From: Lingula anatina
Lineage: Eukaryota; Animalia; Brachiopoda
Assembly: GCA_051362555.1 (NCBI GenBank)
Contig: CM120640.1
Location: forward strand, 22,740,225 to 22,804,224
Reading direction: 5' to 3'
DNA: 64,000 nucleotides
Shown here: in pieces, positions 1 through 10,186 of the stretch
Layout: each line of letters begins with the position of its first letter
Position numbering within the stretch: the stretch's first letter is position 1
The notes under the pieces: model-generated
What the model was told of the DNA's origin: nothing
The model's database searches: none
Seen by the model: the letters and a program-made list of their open reading frames with translations, nothing else
Made by a program: the position numbers and the translations under genes

Positions 1-1321
1 TGTTTGGATAGGTTAGTATGTCACTGAAGTAGGAGCATAATAACTGTCTCAGGATGCTGAAAAACCTGGATGCTATTTCCATATATAGCATTGATTAATG
101 GATTTAAGGGTGCAGAGTTTTCAGCATGTTATGAATTTGGTATTATTATGTTGTGTTCATGTTCTTCCAAATATTGTGATAAACAAATTTTGTCAGAGAT
201 GTGTAATTTTAATTTCAAGATACAGTATGGCTACATATTCCACAGCAATAGATATGGATAATAAATCATTCTTAGTTTCTGTTGTTATAAGATGGTGTAA
301 CATCTGTATCAGATGTGTTTCAAGTAACCTGGTTACAACAATTTAAGTAGAATTATATACAAGTAATTATTGGTGCTTTTTGTAACCATTTTAAGCAGTT
401 TTTCATTGAAAGTTCACTTAAAAAAAGAGTTTATTGTGCTTTCCTGAGTTGAGTTTTGATGTGTTAAAGTTTCTTATAAATTGTGCAGTTTCATAATTTT
501 TTCATACATCTGGGAAATCATTGTGAAAGTTTTTGGGACAAATACTTGCTTATGTTACCTAAAGTTCATGAGTTTAATCTCTTTTTTTTTTTTTTTTTTT
601 TGCAGTATTCATTAACAGGAACTCAAACCACACTAGGAAACACTGCCTCAGGACTTTTTGACAAGTTTTATAAAGATAAGATTAATGATGCATATATGCG
701 ATGAGTTTAATTACTTGTTTAGATTTAATAAAAGTAGAATAAAAATTGTTTTTAGTCATTCAACTGTCACAATAATTTTTTCAAGTATTTTGAGTTACAT
801 ATGGTGCTTTGAAATGAATTGGCTACTTCTTAATATACATTTAAAATAGAATTGCTGATATAGAATGAGTTATTGATTGCCTGCAGTCGAAGTTGATTTT
901 GCTGAGGGAATTTTTTTCTTTGCTGAAGAATTTATTTGCATTTTATGTCTGTTGATATTAATGTCAACCTCATGCGTCATAGTTTTTATTATGGCCTACA
1001 TTGTAAGTGTTGTTATTTACATAAAACATGTTGACTAACTACTTGTTCCCTGGTTCCATCTTTGAAAGAATGCGTGCATTTAATGTACAGTTAGCACACT
1101 TTGTCTAATTATATTCTCAATAAAACAAATTTGCTTATGATTTTTTGTACTCTAGTCATTCAGAGTGCTGCGTAGTGCCATTTAATTTTGAAACCAATAA
1201 CTTGTAGATAATATAATACCCTGCTGTTAAGTTTCTAATGATTGCAAAATGAAGGGCAGAAGTTTAGATAAGGCTTGGGCGAATAATATTATAGCCCACA
1301 TCCTTCATTCCAAAGAGTTTT

Positions 1322-3458
1322 CTATCCCACTAATATGTGCTCAAACAAAATGAAGTATCTTTCGTAAAGAGTTTCAATATCGTCTGCACTGCTTATTACG
1401 TAAACTGGGATTTGAAGAGATTGAAATATTTCGGAAACGGCAGTTTTAAAGAAGATGCTAGCTTTCTCTTCAAATATCGCTCTAGTCGCTGACACAACAG
1501 GTAGGGATTCAATTTCCATCTTAAGGTGCGTCATAGAAGTCCCGCATTCAGCCTCCAAAACTTTAGCAATCATTTGTTCATAATGTTGCATTGCAAAAAC
1601 TCTATTTACGGTTGGCAGGTCTATCATTTGCTGGCGCACGTCACCTTGTTCTAGTGCTTTACGAAAAGAGGAAGCCCATGAAGTTTCTCTTTTCGTGAGT
1701 GCAACGCCGCGCGCGCATTCCTCGAAGGAAACTTGAAATGCTTTACGCAATATCTCATTAGTGGAAATGCTGACCTCAAGTTTCACACAAAAATAGTCAA
1801 TAATCCATGCTGCTGTCGAAAAAGATACTCGAAAGTCTACCATTTTTTCGGCACTGTAACCGATCAACATTTCAAGTTCGGGGGAGCAGTGTGAACTTGA
1901 ACGGCCAAAACTCGTACCCAGTTCTGTTTCCGCCATTTGCGTAAAAATCTCTAACAAACAATCAGATAATGTCAATACAGCGTGTAACTTATCCCAGGTA
2001 ACATGTGCTTCGGTTCCCTTTACCGGACAGATGGCAGTGTCTTTTTGTGGAATGTTCTGTCGTGGAGTATAATCTGCCGCATCTTTGGTGGGTTGGGTCC
2101 GCATCATGATATTGTACAGGTAATTGAATGCTATTTTGTGCAGTGATACAAATCTGGGTGAAAACCTCGGGTACTTTTGACAACTATCTCTGTACAAGAC
2201 ATCTGGGTTAGGTATCCCAGTCATGTAAGTAAATCTAAGGCGCCTTCCGATCTCACAAATGACATCAAAACATTTGGCCTTTGCCTGAAAGGCATACTTT
2301 GCTAATACGCGCAGAGTTTTGGGCGGTACCTTTGAAAAAAGATTGCTGTCGTTAAGAAAGTAGTGTGGCAAATAACCAATGGATAAGTAATGAAGAACTT
2401 CACCCAGCAAGTACTGCATAATCAAATCGACTCCGCAATTTGACCAAAATGTCGCAGGTACTTTTTCGCATGCCCAGAAAAGCACTGTTTTCAGGTGATA
2501 CGAGCTGAGGGCATTAGTTCCCGTTTTAGAACAAATATAATACTGTTTTATGAGCTTAAAATGACAAAACATCTTCTTTGTTTAAGTGTCAGTGTCTGTG
2601 CAAGTAAACTCTCTGCTTTGGAAAATGAATATCTCCACTGAAAAGTGTCCGCGAGGCGCGCTCCTACGGGCACCAAAACGCAATCACACCGGCCAATTTG
2701 GTCTATCAATTCTTTATTTGGCCATCCACTTTTGCGGGACCTCCTTTCCCACTTATGAAAGGCCTGAGGCCTTTGGCAGGCGAATGCTGTTACATTGTCA
2801 AAGCTCAAGTTCGGAACCAAATATCCACTTTCATGAAGAGTAGAAAGAGATACTGTTACGGCTGGTCCTTGTATGGTAATCAGATCTATGAACCCCGATT
2901 TCCCATAGGCTTTCAGGCACGTCGTGATACCTGTTCGGGTCAAAGGTGTTGTACTCAGGTACATCACATTATCAATATTGTCGTTATGTTCGATTTTGAT
3001 CAATTCTTTTAAATCGGGTGTGATTTTCAGCCTGACGTACACTGGGTCATCTGTATTTTCTACATGAAAAATGCAGCACTTTTTACCATTTGACGTTACC
3101 AACTCGGGACTAACTACCGTCATTATGTCTAGGTCACTGGTAATCAGTTTAGCTTGTGAAGTGTCCACTACCGAGTCACTGAGTCCTGTTCCTTGAAAGA
3201 AATCACCAGGAAAGATAAAATGACTAGGAATTGCTAATCCATCGCTCTGGCTGCCAACGACATTGAGAGACGAATTTCCGGCGTTTGGGTCTTTTGCCCC
3301 GACCACCGTCTCAATTACGATTTTAGTCATTTCAGCATTAACACGACTATTCGACGCTGCATTTTAAGAAGAGATAAAGGAAGAAATTGGTCCAGTACAA
3401 ATGACAGCGCATCAGTTTGTGAGTTGTTGACTGAAACACCCATGTTTGCTGACGCCAT
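1322..3458 (-). pseudogene. Mab-21/cGAS-like receptor (cGLR) nucleotidyltransferase, intronless, interrupted by two 1-nt frameshifts (pseudogene or assembly indels)
   Basis: ORF 3330-2548 has the NTase signatures VVGSQSDG...SDLDIM, a third Asp in FDNVTAF, and the Mab-21 motifs W..R.R..GWP....I, LVPVG and WRYSFSKAE..L. ORF 2572-1322 continues with LSSYHLKTVLFWACE and LPHYF....NLF. An upstream ATG at 3458 (MASANMG...DALSFVLDQFL) is 128 nt from 3330, so it is out of frame by one base. Adding 1 nt at each break gives about 712 aa. Confidence 0.85.
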
Positions 3459-4601
3459 TTGCCTCTAGGTGACCCAAATCTTTGAACGCGATTGAATTAG
3501 AGCGTGAATTGTAGATATGAAGTATTGTTGAGTGAACGTTTTTACCAACACAGAAAATGTTAAACGTAAATATGCTACTTCAAAACGGTCATGAATAGTG
3601 ACTTTTTTCTAAATACACAAGGGCGTTTTACGGAATAATTTTTAAATGCGCAATGATAGATGGCTTTCATCAACATCAGCCCAAACATACATCCAAAAGT
3701 AAATTCAGGGATTAATCGAAAATTCTGAAAACCATTTAAAGTTTGATGCATCATAATGCCCATTAAAACATTCTCTCGGGGGCCCAAGTTTATGATATTT
3801 AGTACTAGTTTTTTTTTTGTACCATTTGAGTTTGACAACTTATAGCCAGGAGCCCCTGACTATTATGTAATAGAGTCAACTATACAGAGCTTCCCCTCAA
3901 CGCAACTAGTTAACTTAAAACCGTACATGTCCCTAGTATCAACACCAAGCACCTGCCCAATCGAATAAGATTTCTCACACAAGATATATGCAAGTTAAAA
4001 TGATGTGAGTGGAAAAATGTATTCATATTTCATGGATAAAATATGGAGCCCTTAGAACACCATGTACTCATTGATTGGTTTTCCAAGATAAATTAGACTT
4101 TTACTGCAAAGCTTGCTACATACTGTGAAATATTTTTATAAATTATACAATCAAATTATATAAAATGGGAGTAAGATGGAAATAAACATGTATTACATTG
4201 TACAGTAAAGCACAAAATAATTCACATAAAACTGATATTAAACTTCTCACAGAAATATCCCCAGTCCAATGGTGAGGTCAGTTTGAATCAATTCTACACT
4301 GTAAATGTGAAGAATTAAATAAGATAGGTAATACACAGGGATGGAATAAAAGAAATTCCAATAAAAAAGGGAAATCCCAGCCCTTCTACTAAATTATCAA
4401 CTCTTTTTGAAACTTGATGCAAAATCCAGACTCTCTCCAATATATCTTTTCCTCATATAATATGAAAATCCTTCAAAGGTATAGAAACATTTCTATTAGC
4501 TTGAATTTGTATTCCACACAAAATATTCAAGACAGTGCCTGGATGCTGGCAAACCATTTTGCCTAATGACCTCTAGCACCTTCATACTGCAGTCTAACAT
4601 T

Positions 4602-5120
4602 CTATAATTTTTTTTCCATTGGAAACAGTTTTGCAAACAAAGGTGATCCTCCACAAACACAGTCCATTGGCTCTCCAGCACAATAATAACCATTTTTCTC
4701 AAAGAATGGTACCGCTTTCTGTGCACTTTCAACTTTAATATCTCTCCAGCATCTCTTAAGCATGTCCGTTTCCATGAATTTCAAAGCCTTTCTGCCATAT
4801 CCTTGACCTTGAAAATCTCTTTTTATAAATAAGAATGTGATGCAATGAAATCTCTTGCTTGCAAACTCTGTATCATCATTATTAAAATCAGATGCTGGTC
4901 TGTAACTTCCCACTCCGATAAGTTTTTCTGAAGGAAATGCCATGGGGTTTTGTTCATACAAAAACACCATGCTGTTATCTTCTGGTGGATCAAATGTTTC
5001 CCCACAAGTATCCCTGGCAACTTGACGGAACAGATGGCGATGTTTGGTATTCCTTGCAGTCTGACGTATAACAAGTTTCTTTTGTGGACCAGTTACTTGA
5101 TCTGGATCTCTGTATGCCAT
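4602..5120 (-). CDS. Small GNAT-family N-acetyltransferase (172 aa; possibly extended by a 15-nt first exon 5808-5794, MKSTQ)
   Basis: Acetyl-CoA-binding motif A LFIKRDFQGQGYGRKAL and motif B AVPFFEKNGY. A splice acceptor (..ttccttcgagtag) ends at 5127 and is in frame with the ATG. Candidate donors lie at 5659 and 5793. Confidence 0.85.
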   Translation of the reverse strand: MAYRDPDQVTGPQKKLVIRQTARNTKHRHLFRQVARDTCGETFDPPEDNSMVFLYEQNPMAFPSEKLIGVGSYRPASDFNNDDTEFASKRFHCITFLFIKRDFQGQGYGRKALKFMETDMLKRCWRDIKVESAQKAVPFFEKNGYYCAGEPMDCVCGGSPLFAKLFPMEKKL

Positions 5121-5200
5121 AGGTATCTACTCGAAGGAAATGAAAAGGCATTTATAGTGTAATGAAATTACAAAGAAACTAATAGCTTACTACGTATTTA

Positions 5201-5412
5201 CAGGGCAATTCAGAATAGATGATTTGAGTACTAACTGATCTGCCGACTAAATATGGCCGACCCCACTTCAAAAGTGATTCCGCTAATTCCATGATGGTCT
5301 CCCCACCTCCACACACGCCATCGGGAATCAGCAACATTGCTTCTGAAGTGTGGTCGGCCATTTTTAGTCGGCGAATCTGTTAGTACTCGGATCATATATT
5401 CTGAATGGCCCC
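5201..5412. mobile_element. Hairpin MITE with long imperfect TIRs, in the GNAT first intron
   Basis: The left arm gggcaattcagaatagatgatttgagtactaactgatctgccgactaaatatggccgacc is a near reverse complement of the right arm ggtcggccatttttagtcggcgaatctgttagtactcggatcatatattctgaatggccc. TA flanks both ends. Confidence 0.75.
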
Positions 5413-8400
5413 TATGTCTAAATCTCAATAACCTGCTACAGCACATCCAAAAAAAAAAAAACTTTCTATTATTCATCGTTGTTAATCTAATGTAATGACC
5501 AAAATAACCTCCATTTTTTATGAAATCACAAACATAGACTACATTTGGATATCAATTTTCTAATCACAAAATGCAAGTACTACGTACTGACGCATGAATT
5601 ATGTGCGACATTTTTCATTTCTAATTTATCTTTACCTCTTAAGCTGAGGTTCGTCTTACCTGAGACCCAACAACATAAATTCCATTAATTCTATATCTTT
5701 TATTTGACACCTTCTGCACTTACTAGTTAAATCTTTCTAGCAGTATGGTTTTTCTGTATCTTATTGTTGTTCAAAACATCCTCAGAGCCCTACCTGTGTA
5801 GATTTCATGGGTCGACGTTAGTTCCAAGACTCAAGTCTAAGGTCCACCGCGCACTTGCATTGCGCATGTGACGTCAGTCAATAACAAAAACAAATTTATC
5901 GCATGCTGTTGCATTGCTGTCTTCTCAGTTAAACCTCCAGTAAGAACTTTAGTTTTGCGGTTTTCTTCGTTTGATTTGAAATGACGATTAAAGTGTATAT
6001 CTTATAAGTTGAATGTCCTTTTATTTTTTTATCTAATTTGAATAAAAGAACTATGTTTTGTCTTTAGTCAGTTTAATTTTGATCTTTATTTTTACCCGTC
6101 TCGTGAAAGCGATATATATTCATTAGCGTTTTTGGTACGTACTGTACAGTAGTAGTACAAATGTACACTGTGGTAATACATGTGCCTCTCACAATAGTCA
6201 TGGTGGTGCAAATGTCCGTCTAATTAAACATTTTGACGAAGTACAAAATCACACAAATATAGGCCTATATATACTTGAATAAAAAATTTTAGAGGCAGGT
6301 TAATTGTTTATTTTCTCTCTTTAAAAACACACATTTATTTTAAAAGTATTATATTGTCATATTTTAAAAGTCACACTAAGCTAGCCCAGAATGCAAAATT
6401 AAAAAATATTATTAGATTTTTGTGATGTCCCTTGTTATTCCTCTTCTTCTTCTTATAATTATTATACCAGTAATTCAAGCTGTAATTTTATATCTAAATC
6501 ATTCCTATTGAAATAAAATAAATATCATGATTGTTGTATTCTAACCAATGCATAACTTTCATTTGGATATACCATAGTATTCCCATCAAATGTTGTGGAT
6601 GACATTAATTTTGCTAGTTAAGAAAAAAAGAATTTGTAGATTTTTTTCTTTTATTGGCATTAAAGACAATTATTATAAATTCAAGAAATTTGCCAAGAAA
6701 CTCCATTGGATCATTCAAGCTATTTATTTGATATTTGGTGATCATTTCAGCATCTTTCCTTTCAGCATACTTTATGAATAATATGTTAGAAGTAATTGAA
6801 AGTTTAATGGTAAAATATTGGCTCAATTCTCGTTCAGCAGAATTGTTTCATTGTTTCTTGTGCATAGGACTACATTGTGGCGGCATCTGCATCAGGAAGG
6901 TATTCAACTTATTTGTTACACAATCTGCATGGTGTAAGCACTCAGCATAGTTGGACCCCTTTGCAAATTTTGGACAAACGGTACTCCTACCAGTGCGGCA
7001 GGTTATATAGGGAAATATGGAAAATCCACCCTGTGATCTTTGGCTAGTTGATAGTGAAGATATATATATGATTATATAATATATATATATTTGAAAGCGT
7101 ATGTTTCATTTTGCAGAATGATTGACCCCAAACCACATAATACAAGGATTTACTGTTTAGCTGTAGGATTATGTACAAAAAAATAAAAACAATTCTTATT
7201 CATGTGTACATTACAGAATACGTTACTCTTATTTCACCTATATACATTTCAGGTTTCAGGCCCTGCATGTACAAGGTACTGGTACAGTACCTTTGGGTTC
7301 ACAAAACTGCTGCAATAGTTGTGAAATATCATTCCTCTTCGTTTGTTGCAGGCCTACATTTTAGTCTTCAGTCATTAGCTTCATTCACAAGCTAAGATTC
7401 ACTGCATGGAAAAAATGTTCCATTGTATCCTTGTAGATCGCTGGACCTGTTGTGATCATGAACTAAGGGAAGAATGCAAATCCTCCTTCAAATTAATTTT
7501 TTATTGGGGGTATGGGGTATGGGTATGCCTCAGAATTTGTATTTTCCTTATATTTAAGGTTTAAATTCACGTTTGTTATCAGAAGTTTGTTGCAGTCTGG
7601 TTAGTTTCAGAAAACAAAGAGATTTTAAACAGACTTTTATTGAAGTATCCAACAAAGTACCATGTTAAATTGGTCCTGTTATATTTGCTCCCATTAACCA
7701 TCGCAAGTTAACAGGTACAAACTTCAGGCAAGGATGGACAGAATACAAAGTACTGATCGAAAATGTAGCATAATCAGATTGTACATCATCCGTCTGATCA
7801 TCAAGTCTGTACAAGTTTATGGACATTTTAATTTTTTTTCCAAATATTTATGAGAAAATTCATATTTATAAGTTGAACAAAATTCTCAGTTTTATTGAAA
7901 AATAATTGAGAAATCTGCATCAGAAACATATTATTAATATTATCATTGATTAAACATGATACGACTTTGGTGTTACATTAATAAATATGAAATTCCATTG
8001 TAAACTGTTATTGCAAGTTTTAAAACAAAATCCTAAATGTGTAAATAATTTAACATGGCCTGACAGTAGAAATAACTGAAAAAATAGAACCCACAAGACA
8101 TTTTTTTCTCTCTCTTTCAGGGTATACTGTACAAATCTAGTTAGTACATGAAATATTGGAACAATAATCTTTCCAACATCTCTTAATCAACCAAGGGAAA
8201 AAACCTTCGTAGAAATAAAAAAAAATTTATAGGTTCTTCTCTATTTGGGGGTCACCATGTAATACAACAATGACATTGATAGTGCTGATTATAGAGATAG
8301 TACTAATTATAGTACGTGTATTATGACATCTTTGTGCTGATTATTAAGCGTGACTAACTTAAAATTCACACCAAAAGTTGAACACCACAGATTTTGATTG

Positions 8401-9174
8401 GTATAACTGAGCAAGGTAACTATTGTATTTACAAATGTGATAAAATACTTCAGGTTATCTATGATTTAGCAGGAGAGGACCACGTTTCTGACTTCCAGAA
8501 GTAGCAGAGTCCCTTGGCCTCTGTGAATTAGGAGGTCAATGTTAATTGACATTGGTAACACGAAGGTATTCCTCAACTCTCCTCAGCGGTAGTTTTACTG
8601 CATCTGAGCCATCGGTAGCGTGTCTGCTAACTTTGACAAACATCACTGAACATTTTGAATGATTTTCAGGCATGTTACAGACTCCATGTATTTCAGTGGG
8701 CATAAATTCTACATGACTGCAATGTTGAAATAATCCAAAACCAATATATAACTTGCATAAGGCAAAGTGTATAAGCAAATCAGATGAGAAAAACATTTTT
8801 TTATTTGCACTGTTGAAAAAAATAAGAGGTTTGCAAACATGGATTGCATAAAACTGGAAAACTGTGACAACTTATTCATATGTCTGTGCATTTGATTGTT
8901 TTTCTGTTGTAATAAAGATTTTTTTTGCATTCGCACAAGTAGGCCTACTGCTATCAGGATACTAGAGTATGAAGTTTACTTAAAATCCTTTAAAGCATGT
9001 ACAGTAAAAAAAAAATGAAATTCTATATCCATGCAGGTTTAATTTTCATATCTCAAATTTCAGGATTTTATTATCATGATTACTATTTTATACTAGTAGA
9101 TCTATATAGTTCTAGTTTGTTAAACTTATCCTGAAAAAAAAAATAGATTTTCAAAATTAAAAATCAGTATTAAA

Positions 9175-9175
9175 A

Positions 9176-9213
<38 letters not shown>
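9175..9213. repeat. (TAAA)n microsatellite
   Basis: Visible tetranucleotide run. Confidence 0.9.
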
Positions 9214-9214
<1 letters not shown>

Positions 9215-9435
9215 AAACGCACAAGCCTGCCACACTGTCACTAAATTTTTACGTATTTTATTTATGTTTATAATTTTATTCTAATGCATTATAAACACTA
9301 TGTGAAAATTATATTTAAAGAAAAAAAAATTTGAAGAAAGTTTTCACCAGAATTCATACAGAGCTGTGGCACTGCCCTAAAAATCTGTCTATGGGATGTT
9401 AGTGCTGGAAGGTCCATACACTGATGTATTAATAT

Positions 9436-9625
9436 TACTGCATGAAAATATGAGACAACATTGAAGGAAAAAAAATTTGAAACAACATTGAATGAAAAAA
9501 TAATTGCATGAAAGAATTGCATGAAAAATACTGCAAGAAAATATGAGACAACATTGAATGGAAAAAAGAATATTGCATGAATATGAAACATTGAATAACA
9601 AAAAATTCAATTGAATGAAAAATAT
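9436..9625. repeat. Degenerate subterminal tandem repeat inside the TIR element
   Basis: Recurring ACAACATTGAA and TGCATGAAA units, e.g. gaaaatatgagacaacattgaa occurs twice. Confidence 0.65.
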
Positions 9626-10186
9626 AGCGGCAGACCCTCAACGCTGTTATACCCCATTGGCAATTACACATATCATGTCATAGATTATATAGCGTCATTA
9701 GCGATGACCTATTTATATACGACCTTCACATGCGCAATGCAAGTGCGTGGTGGACCTTAGACTTGAGTCTTGGAACTAACGTCGACCGATTTCATGTGCA
9801 CCGCTGCTCGTAGTGCGCAAGCGTAATTTTTCGTCCAACTTCGGAATATTTCACGAATGCATCCGAAAATATTGTACCATGACAACAACACAAAATACAC
9901 GAATAGCTCTTTCGTCACCATATAGTGTGTACGACTTTTTACTCGAATATATCCATGCGCAAAACGATGTTTTTAATGGAAAATGTATTTTTAAAATAAG
10001 AAAAAATGTATAACTGACATGATTTAATGAATAAGAAGTAGATATAAGCCCAATTTTTTGTGTTATTTATTTATTCCAACGTTTTTCAAAAAACTATTTT
10101 TCTTCATGAAAAATGCGAACTTAGTTGTTTTTATGTGTTGTTAGGTCGAAGCCGTTGTATGACGGAGACCTAGTGAAACTGAGAAA

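Larger units (their letters stand above)
5810..9787. mobile_element. Non-autonomous DNA transposon, 3,978 bp, 62-bp TIRs, 9-bp TSD (Mutator-like by TSD length and G-starting termini)
   Basis: TIR 5810-5871 (GGTCGACGTTAGTTCCAAGACTCAAGTCTAAGG...GCGCATGTGA) matches 9726-9787 at 61/62 positions. Direct repeat GATTTCATG at 5801-5809 and 9788-9796. No long intact ORF inside. Confidence 0.92.

Noticed and set aside
1-1300. Short plus-strand ORFs at the window start
   Set aside because: AT-rich and motif-free, with AATAAA signals near 727 and 1119; most likely the 3' UTR of a gene outside the window.
2545-2575. Programmed -1 ribosomal frameshift in the cGLR
   Set aside because: No in-frame X XXY YYZ heptamer, and a second independent frameshift would also be needed.
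8542-8796. 84-aa minus-strand ORF inside the TIR element as captured gene cargo
   Set aside because: No recognisable motif and no phase-consistent neighbouring exons found.
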